Shown here in pieces: positions 35,201-44,444 of a stretch of DNA of 64,000 nt (the stretch's first letter is position 1; every line of letters begins with the position of its first letter). A model generated the notes under the pieces. That model searched no databases and had not been told where the DNA came from. It saw only the letters and a list, made by a program, of their open reading frames with translations. The translations under genes and the position numbers were made by a program. The stretch lies in sequence record PQ898399.1, one strand, 5' to 3'.

Positions 35201-35411
35201 CAGGCGGAACCTTCTTCTGCTGGCTTACCACACGGGCATACAGAGCCAGTACACCAACCACACCACAGAGCCACTTAAGGGTATCTGGTGGCAGTGACTG
35301 CTTCCATTCCATAGGTAGCCAAGTCCATACTTCAGGAAGTGCTGCCAGCACGATGATCAGGTGAACAGAGAACCACTTATGGGCTTGTCTCCAGTTCTCA
35401 ACCAGCTTCAT
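35172..35411 (-). CDS. Holin
   Basis: MKLVENWRQAHKWFSV; two TM segments; between endolysin and spanin. Confidence 0.75.
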   Translation of the reverse strand: MKLVENWRQAHKWFSVHLIIVLAALPEVWTWLPMEWKQSLPPDTLKWLCGVVGVLALYARVVSQQKKVPPDDQKPDTEV

Positions 35412-35884
35412 GCTACAGTACCCCCGGCTTTTTTATACGCTGAAACCAGTGTACCCATCTTGTGCTCAAACTGTCCGTAACCTGCACCAGGCAGAGATGC
35501 CCAACGGGATCGGCATTTAGTAATGGCAGACTCGATACGACCAGCATTGATATCGTCACGAGCTTTACACTCCTTGATCAGTTGCATTGCAATTGCATCT
35601 TGATCTTCTGGGTAGAACCCACGAAGGCCAAGCTGCTTTTGGTAGGCAACCCAGTATTTATATAGAATCTGGTATGCTCCGGCAGCAGTAGACTTAAGAC
35701 CTTTGTTATTTACAGTGACCAGCACATTTGGATGCTTGCTGTAGTCAGTAAAGGTCTTCGGTTCACCGCCAATACCGTTAACGATTACATCGTAACCATT
35801 GTTTTGGGTGTATTTGCTGGTACTGGTTCCTTCGGAAACAGTCAGCATCTTTAGAAAAGCTTTCTCATTATTAGTGAGTTGCAT
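35408..35884 (-). CDS. Endolysin, lambda R-like lytic transglycosylase
   Basis: AFLKMLTVSEGT, GYDVIV, FTDYSKHP, STAAGAYQIL, WASLPGAGYGQ. Confidence 0.92.
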   Translation of the reverse strand: MQLTNNEKAFLKMLTVSEGTSTSKYTQNNGYDVIVNGIGGEPKTFTDYSKHPNVLVTVNNKGLKSTAAGAYQILYKYWVAYQKQLGLRGFYPEDQDAIAMQLIKECKARDDINAGRIESAITKCRSRWASLPGAGYGQFEHKMGTLVSAYKKAGGTVA

Positions 35885-35897
35885 AAAACCTCCAATT

Positions 35898-35919
35898 AAA
35901 AGGGAGCCGTTAGGCTCCC
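35898..35919 (-). terminator. Intrinsic terminator
   Basis: Minus strand GGGAGCC-TAAC-GGCTCCC-TTTT. Confidence 0.75.
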
Positions 35920-35925
35920 AGTATA

Positions 35926-38307
35926 TTACGTTGTTGGCAGAGTTGGGCGAGTAGTTAATGGAACAGTCGCCTTAATACGTGTGCCAGCAGGAACAGCAGT
36001 CTGGATAGCGTCAGCAATATCCATAGTGATAAGCGCACCAGGATCAGACGGTGGAGTCTGATACGGGGGCTTAACCACTCTGGTTTTAAGGTCAGTACCA
36101 TTCGGCCCGGCACCAGGGATCGTAATACGAGCACCCGGTTCAAACTGAGTGATGTACAACCACGGGGAACCAGATGATTCACCATTCGGCACTTTCTGCT
36201 GAACGATGGTCTTAGTACCAACGGCTGCTGCACGGATAGCAAAGTTATCGTTATCCGGTGCATACATACCAGAGGACGTAACGATATACGTTGTGGTCAC
36301 GCCGTTCTTGGTAACCAGTACCACGTCTGACGTGTTGAACTCCTTCCCGGAAGGGAAGTAGGAACCGTCAGTACCATGTGGCCCGGTAGCCTGGTAGTAA
36401 ACCTGACCAACTGGAACCATCAGTGGGCCAAGTTGCCCAGTGAAGTTTACCCACGGCTCAGCGTAGACGTTACCACCAGATCGGGTGATCTTAGAGTAAC
36501 GGCAACGGCTGAAGAACTGACCGCCTTGACCATACTCATCGGTAGCAGTCACGTTAACCATTGTCAGCATCGTTTTATCGCTGCGTACAAAGTTATTTGG
36601 GAATGCACCGTCACCAGATTCAGGGTGACCTACGCAGTCAAACCAGCGACAGTCAATGTTGTTCAGGTTCAGGTGAGTAGCCACACCGAACACACGGAAA
36701 GTATTACAACGAATGTTTTCAAACGATGCGTTGTTATCCGTATTCGGCCCGGCAGATACACCAGCCCATACAGTACCAGTACGAGTGAAGACATTACGCA
36801 CTGCATAGTTGAAACAGGCGTTGGACTTCTCACCTTGCCCGGTAGGGTTACCTTCTGGATCCAGTACAGGGTTAGTACCCCACTGAAGCATGATCAGACG
36901 AACCACGTTAGGGTTAGTGCCGGATGGTACTTTAGGCTCACCGTAAACGCCATCAATGACGAAGTTCTTTGAACCGTAGCAAACTACAGTACCAGTAGCC
37001 AAACCAGAACCAGTAGACACGGTATTATCCGGGTCTGCGTGGATGTTCTCGATGGTGAAGTCACGGCCTACTTCGACGTGGACTACCTGACGAACACCTT
37101 CGGCATAGACGTTACGGATAACGAAGTTCTTACAGTATTGGCTGTCATCGATCTCATAGCCATATGGCCCCTGACCTGCAATACCGATACCGATACCCCA
37201 GTTGGACTGGAAGGTTGGAGTGTTAACGCCAGCTTTATCAGCATCGATGTTGAAGATGGCAATGTTCTCGATCACACAACCGTTGTCATAGTGTTTCTGT
37301 ACAACGTTCAGTTCGATGGCATCACCCATCAGATCATAGAACGACAGGTTACGTGCGATGAAGGAGTTAACCTTCTCACCAGTACCCTGAGCCAGAATGC
37401 CGTAGTACATACCACGGAACGTACAGCCATCGATCTCAAACGTACCTTCAGTCTCGTTACCCTGGAAGGAGATGGTGGCAACCTGACCTTTACGAGGTGG
37501 CCCATCGAAGTGGCAGTTGTGAATATACACATCACCACCCCAATAACGCAGACGGCAGTTATAGAACTGCACACCTTCAAGCTGAGTACCGGTTATCTTA
37601 TAGTCGCGGTCACCACGGAATACGCCACCAACGACTTTAATCTCACCGAGTACAAAGTTGAGGGTATTACCGAAAGTTACATCAACACCAGTAGCATCTA
37701 CAATCTTACTGGTAGTAGTCAGTGCTGCATCAAATGCAGACTGAACCGCAGCTTCAGTAGTGGCAAAACCAGCGTTGATGAAATCACGCAGATGGAGTAC
37801 GTCGTTCCATGCAGACAGGGAAGCTCCGGCTTTACCCAGTGCGAATTCAGCATTGGTTTCAATCCAGGCTGTAGGGCTTACACCACCTGTACCTGCAATA
37901 GTAGAACCCGCAGGTACGGTTTTAGGTAGTGTGCCACCCCAACGATAACGTTTAGCTCCGAGGCCAATAGTCTCGTTCTTACGCTGCAACGTAGCACCAG
38001 ATGTAAACGTCTGGTTTAGATCGAAGTATTCACCCCGTTCTACTGCCAGAGCACCCAGGTCTACAGTGCCACCAGAATGCGTCAGAACGCCCGCAGTGGA
38101 AAAGGACGTAACAGTACCGGTCAAACCAGTAGGGAGCATATACGCTCGCTGGCTGGCTTTATCGTAGATAGCTTTATAGCCCGACAGAGGTTGACCAGCT
38201 TTCGCATAGCAAACCTCGTTGTCACCAATACCAAAGTTACGAGCAATACTCTGCTTGTTTACCTCAGTATTGATAACCTGTTTGGGCTGACGGAATTGAG
38301 ATTCCAT
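35926..38307 (-). CDS. Tail spike, beta-helix polysaccharide depolymerase, probable colanidase (WcaM-like)
   Basis: DAIELNV, WGIGIGIAG, KNFVIRNV...RQVVHVEVGRDFTIENI match WcaM-type signatures; AGGAG RBS before ATG 38307. Confidence 0.8.
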   Translation of the reverse strand: MESQFRQPKQVINTEVNKQSIARNFGIGDNEVCYAKAGQPLSGYKAIYDKASQRAYMLPTGLTGTVTSFSTAGVLTHSGGTVDLGALAVERGEYFDLNQTFTSGATLQRKNETIGLGAKRYRWGGTLPKTVPAGSTIAGTGGVSPTAWIETNAEFALGKAGASLSAWNDVLHLRDFINAGFATTEAAVQSAFDAALTTTSKIVDATGVDVTFGNTLNFVLGEIKVVGGVFRGDRDYKITGTQLEGVQFYNCRLRYWGGDVYIHNCHFDGPPRKGQVATISFQGNETEGTFEIDGCTFRGMYYGILAQGTGEKVNSFIARNLSFYDLMGDAIELNVVQKHYDNGCVIENIAIFNIDADKAGVNTPTFQSNWGIGIGIAGQGPYGYEIDDSQYCKNFVIRNVYAEGVRQVVHVEVGRDFTIENIHADPDNTVSTGSGLATGTVVCYGSKNFVIDGVYGEPKVPSGTNPNVVRLIMLQWGTNPVLDPEGNPTGQGEKSNACFNYAVRNVFTRTGTVWAGVSAGPNTDNNASFENIRCNTFRVFGVATHLNLNNIDCRWFDCVGHPESGDGAFPNNFVRSDKTMLTMVNVTATDEYGQGGQFFSRCRYSKITRSGGNVYAEPWVNFTGQLGPLMVPVGQVYYQATGPHGTDGSYFPSGKEFNTSDVVLVTKNGVTTTYIVTSSGMYAPDNDNFAIRAAAVGTKTIVQQKVPNGESSGSPWLYITQFEPGARITIPGAGPNGTDLKTRVVKPPYQTPPSDPGALITMDIADAIQTAVPAGTRIKATVPLTTRPTLPTT

Positions 38308-38334
38308 ACGGACTCCTGTTGTTATTCTCAATGG

Positions 38335-38354
38335 AAAAGCCCCCGAAGGGGCTT
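38335..38354 (-). terminator. Intrinsic terminator
   Basis: Minus strand AAGCCCC-TTCG-GGGGCTT-TT. Confidence 0.75.
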
Positions 38355-38357
38355 GTC

Positions 38358-41126
38358 TTACTTACGCAACCACGTTAGTCCAGATAGGCCAATAAAGTTA
38401 GTTGCAGTAGTTGCACCGTACAGGAAGATTTCCCCTAACGGTGTAACTTGCACGTTTACCCCTTGGGTATCTGCATACACCATAAACTGCTCTGTATAGA
38501 TAGGTGCGAGGTTACGAGGAATAGTTGCAATAAGTGTACCGTTTGCAACACTACCCGTACTTTTAAAAATAATACCACCTAACGACACCATACCATTGTT
38601 GCTTAAGCTAACACGAGCAGGGCGATCCCCAGTGTTAATCAACCAGTTATTCTGTGCGTTTACCACAAGCATACCAGGGCTACGCTCAGTACGGGTAGAA
38701 GCCAGAGTACCCATAATAGCTCTGGCTACAGCACGAGCGATAACACAGTTAGCTGTAGTGGTAGGGCGGATGTTATCGTGCAGGAAGCTATCCCCTGCGC
38801 CCACCATGTTAACGTACAGATTCGGGTTAATGTAGTAGGCTGCAATCGGGCCTTCAATAGCCGTAAGGTCTACCAGTTTGGCTCCGGTTTCCGCAGCAAC
38901 ACGAGCAACAGTGTTACGATAGCGGAATGCCTTTTCAGCATTAGCTGATGGCTGACCACGAACAGATCCGGCCTCGGTCTGGGTGTACCAAATACCAAAC
39001 TTACACAGAATCACAGTAACACCAGCCGTGTTACAGATATTAATCATGCTTGTAAGGTTATTTTTGTACGCCGTTAAATCGGTCTGCCCTTGCCCATCGT
39101 TAGTACCTACAGCGATAACAACAATATTGGCATCTGACACGCCTTCGGACTGCATGATAGCAAGCTGCCCGGCAGTATTATCACCCGGAATAGCTTTGTT
39201 GATAATGCGCCAGTTACGTAACCCTTCAGAGAACTCAAGTTCATCCTTAAGGAAGTTAGGCCAGCAATCAACACGAGGTGCTGAGATGGAATCCCCGAAC
39301 ACTTTAACCGTTACAAAACCATTTCGAGTGTAGCGGTTGTTAACGGTCAACACAGGTTGGTAAACGTTAACTAAAGGGTTGCTTAAACCAGTATTGAAAT
39401 AAGCACCGAAACCGGCATCTTTGATGTAGCCAGGTGCATTGATAGTTGTTAAGTGAAAACCATTTAACAAAATATCGTAATTATTCATACTGTTAATACG
39501 GATTTTCCACTCACAGTTAACCGGTGAATACGCCGGATGGTCATGCAGCATTGGGAAATCCAGAGTTGTGGTAAGGGCAGTCTTACCGATTTCTTTATAG
39601 ATTTGGGTAATGGACGCACCTGTCTGGGTTGGCTGAGCAAATACCCCAGAGAAACCACCAGAAGAACGCACAATAGCCGCTAACTGAGGGGTACTGTTGA
39701 TCAAGATACAGGAGGAGATCTCGTATCCAACAGTTACATCCATAAAGGCCATATGGAATGCGTCATCGCCAGCGGAGGCAGATATAGAAGCAGACAGCGT
39801 ATTTACACTGCTAAAAGTATCTGCAAGCCAGGTATCCTGATTAGGCCATGCAATCTTCTGAGCAAACATATCCGTAGATGGAATGATAGCCTTAGTAGTT
39901 GCTCGGTCAAAAGAAGCCTCCTCAAGGAAGGTACGTTTAGCCGCCTTAGTATGGTTATTATATGGGGATGCCAGGTATTCAGTCTTAAGGTTACGGAACA
40001 CAAAACGAGTATCCGTAGTGAAACCGATGTACTGAGCAGAGGCTTTCCCGGCCAGCCAATCAGTAGGTACTGATAGCTTAACGTTAGGATCTACGTCCAG
40101 GATTTTGTTCTGTACAGTATCAGGATCAAAAGCCGAGAAATAGTACACATTGGCTGTCCCAGGGATATATGGGAAGCGAATTACTGAACAGTTAGTTGCA
40201 ATCAGATTCAGCAATGAAGGCGTACAATCGGTCACACCATCCGGTTCTGCACCCGTAGTTGAACCATCCTGAATGGTTACAATGTGGCGCATCTTTTCGT
40301 GTACAGTAGTAGGGTTAGAATTACTGAACGGTTGTTTAACCCGTACCAGTTCATCACCCTTACCAGATGCAGAACTAATTAAATCGCTACGGACAGTACG
40401 ATCTAAACCAGCCAAATCAGTATTGATATCATTCAATACTTCCTGAACCGTATCCCCGGAGGTAGTACCAACTAAACTAGCCCCATTATTGGAAGCCAGT
40501 GTATGAGGGAAATCCGTAGGGTTATCCGAGTAAGTACCCAGGATGATGGAGATCTCCATACCCAACGGAATACCTTCAGCCAGAGTAATAGTCATAGCTG
40601 TCTTGTCAAAGACAAAACCACGGCCTGGTTCCTGACGCGCACCTTCGATATAAATACATTGAACTTCCAGAGTATTTTTATCTTCCGGTACAGGAATGAC
40701 TGTTTGACCATCAGATACAGCAGTGTAGTACCACGTAACAACAGCGATCCCTGCAATAGCAGTTGCCAGTTCATCGGCAATCTCTTGCAGTTTTTTAGCT
40801 GTTTCTTCAAGTGATACCGCTACATCGGTAATAGTTTTCAGTGCATCGGTTGCAGTAGTTGCTGCAAGTTCCGCTGCATCACGATAGCCCTTCGCTTCGT
40901 CTGCGCTGGCTGCTGACGCAGCCGCTGCATCCTCGCTGGCTTTGGCAGCGTCTTCTGCACGCTTTACCAGTGCTTCGAGTTGCTCTTGCAGAGTTGCAAG
41001 GGCATCACGGATAGCCTGCTCAATGCAGTTAACCGGAGCACATTCACTGCAATCACAGTTGCAATCGGAGCTACCACCACAGCCGCAAGAGCAAGGCTCA
41101 TAAGTTTTATCATCATTGCAAGACAT
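38358..41126 (-). CDS. Tail fibre/spike with SGNH (GDSL) esterase domain and Cys-rich N-terminus
   Basis: VFGDSIS, PGDNT, VGTND, DNIRP; N-terminal coiled coil and spike head-binding-like segment. Confidence 0.8.
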   Translation of the reverse strand: MSCNDDKTYEPCSCGCGGSSDCNCDCSECAPVNCIEQAIRDALATLQEQLEALVKRAEDAAKASEDAAAASAASADEAKGYRDAAELAATTATDALKTITDVAVSLEETAKKLQEIADELATAIAGIAVVTWYYTAVSDGQTVIPVPEDKNTLEVQCIYIEGARQEPGRGFVFDKTAMTITLAEGIPLGMEISIILGTYSDNPTDFPHTLASNNGASLVGTTSGDTVQEVLNDINTDLAGLDRTVRSDLISSASGKGDELVRVKQPFSNSNPTTVHEKMRHIVTIQDGSTTGAEPDGVTDCTPSLLNLIATNCSVIRFPYIPGTANVYYFSAFDPDTVQNKILDVDPNVKLSVPTDWLAGKASAQYIGFTTDTRFVFRNLKTEYLASPYNNHTKAAKRTFLEEASFDRATTKAIIPSTDMFAQKIAWPNQDTWLADTFSSVNTLSASISASAGDDAFHMAFMDVTVGYEISSCILINSTPQLAAIVRSSGGFSGVFAQPTQTGASITQIYKEIGKTALTTTLDFPMLHDHPAYSPVNCEWKIRINSMNNYDILLNGFHLTTINAPGYIKDAGFGAYFNTGLSNPLVNVYQPVLTVNNRYTRNGFVTVKVFGDSISAPRVDCWPNFLKDELEFSEGLRNWRIINKAIPGDNTAGQLAIMQSEGVSDANIVVIAVGTNDGQGQTDLTAYKNNLTSMINICNTAGVTVILCKFGIWYTQTEAGSVRGQPSANAEKAFRYRNTVARVAAETGAKLVDLTAIEGPIAAYYINPNLYVNMVGAGDSFLHDNIRPTTTANCVIARAVARAIMGTLASTRTERSPGMLVVNAQNNWLINTGDRPARVSLSNNGMVSLGGIIFKSTGSVANGTLIATIPRNLAPIYTEQFMVYADTQGVNVQVTPLGEIFLYGATTATNFIGLSGLTWLRK

Positions 41127-41135
41127 GGTATCTCC

Positions 41136-41858
41136 TTAGTTCGTTTGTGTGCCAACTACAGTGCCATCAGTATCACTGGTAGGTTCACCATATTTAATAC
41201 GTAGCTTTCCAAAGGCATCTACCCAAAGAACATAACCGCCTAACAGCAATTTATTCTGTAGGTTAATACCCTGGATCTTAACTACAGCTTCCATGATGGA
41301 GTTAAGTACAGCTTGTAAAGCAGCGTTCGTTAACGCTACCTGCTGACGGTCTTCACTGGTTTGCTGTGCATTCCCTGAAGCCTGATCAGCCGAATTCTTA
41401 GCAGAGTTAGCATAAGACTCTGTATCAGCTTCCAGCACTTTAGCTTCATCAACAAGTGCTGACACTTCAGCCTTTGCTGCAACGATCTGAGCCAGGATAT
41501 ACTCACCATACTTATCCTGTTCGTTAGCCTGAGTAACGATAAGATCCTGGAAATCTACCGGGGTAGAGATCTCAGGTACATAAAACAGGAAGTGACCCGG
41601 TACAGCATCGTCGTCGTAAGAGTAAGTGAGGATGTAGGGATACGGCAGAGGCCACAGGTGCATCTGTACGTAACCTTTGTCATCCGTGCAATAGAGTTCC
41701 TCTTTATCCTCTACAACGCCGGTTAAACCATCCCAGTAGCTTGCACGCACTGGTTTGATAACGAAGCGAGTATTAGTCAGAGGCCACCCATTTGGGTTCT
41801 TTAGGTATACGTCAATCAACGTTGTACCCGCAGGAATGATAGCGGTATCGCTCATCAT
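41136..41858 (-). CDS. Tail-associated adaptor-like protein
   Basis: Beta-rich anchor, coiled coil, tailspike-type C-terminal LWVDAFGKLRIKYGEPTSDTDGTVVG. Confidence 0.6.
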   Translation of the reverse strand: MMSDTAIIPAGTTLIDVYLKNPNGWPLTNTRFVIKPVRASYWDGLTGVVEDKEELYCTDDKGYVQMHLWPLPYPYILTYSYDDDAVPGHFLFYVPEISTPVDFQDLIVTQANEQDKYGEYILAQIVAAKAEVSALVDEAKVLEADTESYANSAKNSADQASGNAQQTSEDRQQVALTNAALQAVLNSIMEAVVKIQGINLQNKLLLGGYVLWVDAFGKLRIKYGEPTSDTDGTVVGTQTN

Positions 41859-41956
41859 GGAGTCTCCTATATTCGAATGCCTAAATCATAAACTGTTTTC
41901 TTACCAAAGGGCAGTTCCCTGCCCGCTTTATGATGTTAAATCTGGAGATTATCTAA

Positions 41957-42733
41957 ATGTCGCAACAAGTTGCTGAATATGTAGACCACATGGGTACTGA
42001 TAAATCTGTGGTCAACGCAGCCCGTCTATCCTTTGGTGTAGGGAATGAAACCAGTGGTGAATTAACCAAGAAAGATATTGGCCTTATTCACTTTCTGGCT
42101 TTCGGTCTGCGTAGTGATGAACGTCAGTCTATCCTCGCGGAAATCCGTGACGGGGTGAAGAACGTTTACAGTGAAGAATTCGACGGGCAATCGGATGAAT
42201 ACGCACTGGAACTTTATAACCAGATCCGTCATCAGGCTGTTCACTGGACGCCATTTGCACATACTGCAATCAGTATCCGCATGAAGGCTCCGATCCCAAT
42301 ACGTACCCAGTGCTTTAAGCACAAGCAGGGGCTGGTTGAGAATGAGGAGTCTCGCCGTTATATCAGCGATACCCCAGAAATTTTCATACCAGAATTTCGC
42401 ACTAAACCAGAAGGCTCAATTAAGCAGGGCAGTGGTGGCTTACACCCAGATAATGAATACTGGAAAGATGTGTACACCGTTCAAACTATGTCTGGTGTAC
42501 ACACTTATAACGGTATGCTTAAAGCCGGTATTGCCCCGGAACAAGCCCGTATGGTACTGCCACAAGGTGCAATGGTTAACTGGCTTTGGACTGGTAACCT
42601 CATGGCATTTGCCAACTTCTATAACAAACGTAGCGATCCCCATGCTCAGGGTGAGATTCAGGATCTTGCTGAACTGGTAAAGCAAGTTGTTGAACCTCTG
42701 TTCCCAGTAAGCTGGAAAGCACTGACACGGTAA
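41957..42733 (+). CDS. thyX: FAD-dependent thymidylate synthase
   Basis: VVNAARLSF, HWTPFAH, KHKQGLVENEESRRY, APEQARMVLPQ, HAQGEI. Confidence 0.9.
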   Translation: MSQQVAEYVDHMGTDKSVVNAARLSFGVGNETSGELTKKDIGLIHFLAFGLRSDERQSILAEIRDGVKNVYSEEFDGQSDEYALELYNQIRHQAVHWTPFAHTAISIRMKAPIPIRTQCFKHKQGLVENEESRRYISDTPEIFIPEFRTKPEGSIKQGSGGLHPDNEYWKDVYTVQTMSGVHTYNGMLKAGIAPEQARMVLPQGAMVNWLWTGNLMAFANFYNKRSDPHAQGEIQDLAELVKQVVEPLFPVSWKALTR

Positions 42734-42737
42734 GTAT

Positions 42738-42905
42738 ATGGGTAAACAGTACAGTCAATTATCCCCAGCAGAACAAAGCTATGTCTTTAATAATGCTGGC
42801 AGAATCTCAGTCGATATCATGGCTAAGATTTTGAAATGCAAGCCAGAAAGGATTAAGGGCTGGGCTTATAAACATGGATTATCGTTAAAAGTCAAACGTA
42901 AATAA
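42738..42905 (+). CDS. 55-aa basic HTH-like protein
   Basis: SVDIMAKILKCKPERIKGWAYKHG. Confidence 0.55.
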   Translation: MGKQYSQLSPAEQSYVFNNAGRISVDIMAKILKCKPERIKGWAYKHGLSLKVKRK

Positions 42906-43450
42906 TGCCCATCCGGGCATTCAATGAGGTAGACATGAAACATCCTGATCTATCACCTAAAGTTTTAAACTCCGAGTGGAAGATGCCACAACAACGCCCC
43001 ACCAGAAAAGAACGTGCTATCGCTGCTGTTACACTGCAACTGTATGAAGCACGTAACTTCTTAAAGATGTCCTCTAAACCTCACAAGGTTAAATTCTGGC
43101 AGTCTCAAGTTCGTAAGTATGAACGTGAGCTGGCTGAACTCGTAGGCGAAGTCGTAGAGGTCGAGCCAGCGGTTACAACAGAATTAACCGGAGGCCGAGT
43201 AAACTATTACTTGGCTTCGGTGAATAACCCTCAGCGTGAAGAACAGCCGGGTTATATCGCAGAGTGTGAAGATATCATTCAGGCTCTCGACATGACCTTT
43301 GACGAAGGCTGTTTGTTTAAAGCCTTATGGCGTACAGCCTCAGCACGTCTGGGTAATGGTAAACCAGGTCAGAAAGCTGTCTATGACGCTGAAAAAATGG
43401 TTCACTACGCTGGTCGTATCTTAACCAAAACTAAGCGTGAGGCGAACTGA
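42905..43450 (+). CDS. Hypothetical protein, DUF3310/nucleotide-kinase-like C-terminal domain
   Basis: VNYY...ECEDII...FDEGCLFKALWR...DAEKMVHY. Confidence 0.55.
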   Translation: MPIRAFNEVDMKHPDLSPKVLNSEWKMPQQRPTRKERAIAAVTLQLYEARNFLKMSSKPHKVKFWQSQVRKYERELAELVGEVVEVEPAVTTELTGGRVNYYLASVNNPQREEQPGYIAECEDIIQALDMTFDEGCLFKALWRTASARLGNGKPGQKAVYDAEKMVHYAGRILTKTKREAN

Positions 43451-44436
43451 TGAGCGAGAAGCGTTATACCAACAATGCTGGTATCCCTTTATCAATGGCA
43501 GTCTTTTTAGCCGTTGATCACTATGACTACGTACCCGGTGTTATCTCTGCAACCTCACTACTGAAACCAGTACGTCAATACGTTCTGGCTCGTCGTGTGC
43601 CTGCTGGTGCCAACATCCCGGATGTGGAAGACCTGATATCCAGCCGTATGGGTACAGCTATTCACGATGGCGTAGAGAAAGCCTGGCTTAAGCATTATCA
43701 ACAAGCCATGCGTGACCTGGGGTATCCACAGAAGATCATTGATCGCATCCGTGTGAATCCAGATCCGGCTACTGTAGTCGAAGGTGATATTCCGGTATAC
43801 ATGGAAATCCGTAGCTTCAAAGAAGTGAACGGTGTGAAGGTATCCGGTAAGTTTGACTTCGTGGGTAATGGTGCATTGGAGGACTTTAAATCAACGTCTA
43901 CCTACACCTGGATCAACGATACAAAGAACGAAGACTATGTGCTTCAAGGTTCCATCTATCGCTGGCTTAACCCGGATATCATCACCTCGGATATTTTCAC
44001 TATCCAGTTCCTCTTTACGGACTGGTCAAAAGCTATGACTTTCAGGGATCCAAAATATCCTCCACGTCGCATGATGCCTCGTAAGTTCCAGCTTATGTCA
44101 TTAACTGACACTGAAGCTTACGTGATTAATCGGTTAAACCTGATTGCTCAATATATCGATGCACCGGATGATGCTATCCCCGAGTGTACCGATAAGGAAC
44201 TCTGGCGTAGCGATCCTGAGTGGAAGTATTACAAGGATCCTAAAAAGAAAGCCCGTGCTACTAAAAACTTCGACAATGAAGGTGAAGCCATCGCCCGCTG
44301 GCAAGCTGACGGTGGCGTAGGTGAAGTTGTCAAAATACCCGGTCAAGTTAAAGCCTGTCTTTACTGCCCGGCGTATCCCGTCTGCAAACAGAAGGATCGA
44401 TTGATCGATTCTGGCGATCTGATCCTCGACGTATAG
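43450..44436 (+). CDS. PD-(D/E)xK exonuclease (N4 gp42-like)
   Basis: ISATSLLKP, GTAIH, GKFD...EDFKST, Cys cluster CLYCPAYPVC. Confidence 0.8.
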   Translation: MSEKRYTNNAGIPLSMAVFLAVDHYDYVPGVISATSLLKPVRQYVLARRVPAGANIPDVEDLISSRMGTAIHDGVEKAWLKHYQQAMRDLGYPQKIIDRIRVNPDPATVVEGDIPVYMEIRSFKEVNGVKVSGKFDFVGNGALEDFKSTSTYTWINDTKNEDYVLQGSIYRWLNPDIITSDIFTIQFLFTDWSKAMTFRDPKYPPRRMMPRKFQLMSLTDTEAYVINRLNLIAQYIDAPDDAIPECTDKELWRSDPEWKYYKDPKKKARATKNFDNEGEAIARWQADGGVGEVVKIPGQVKACLYCPAYPVCKQKDRLIDSGDLILDV

Positions 44437-44444
44437 GAGTCGTA

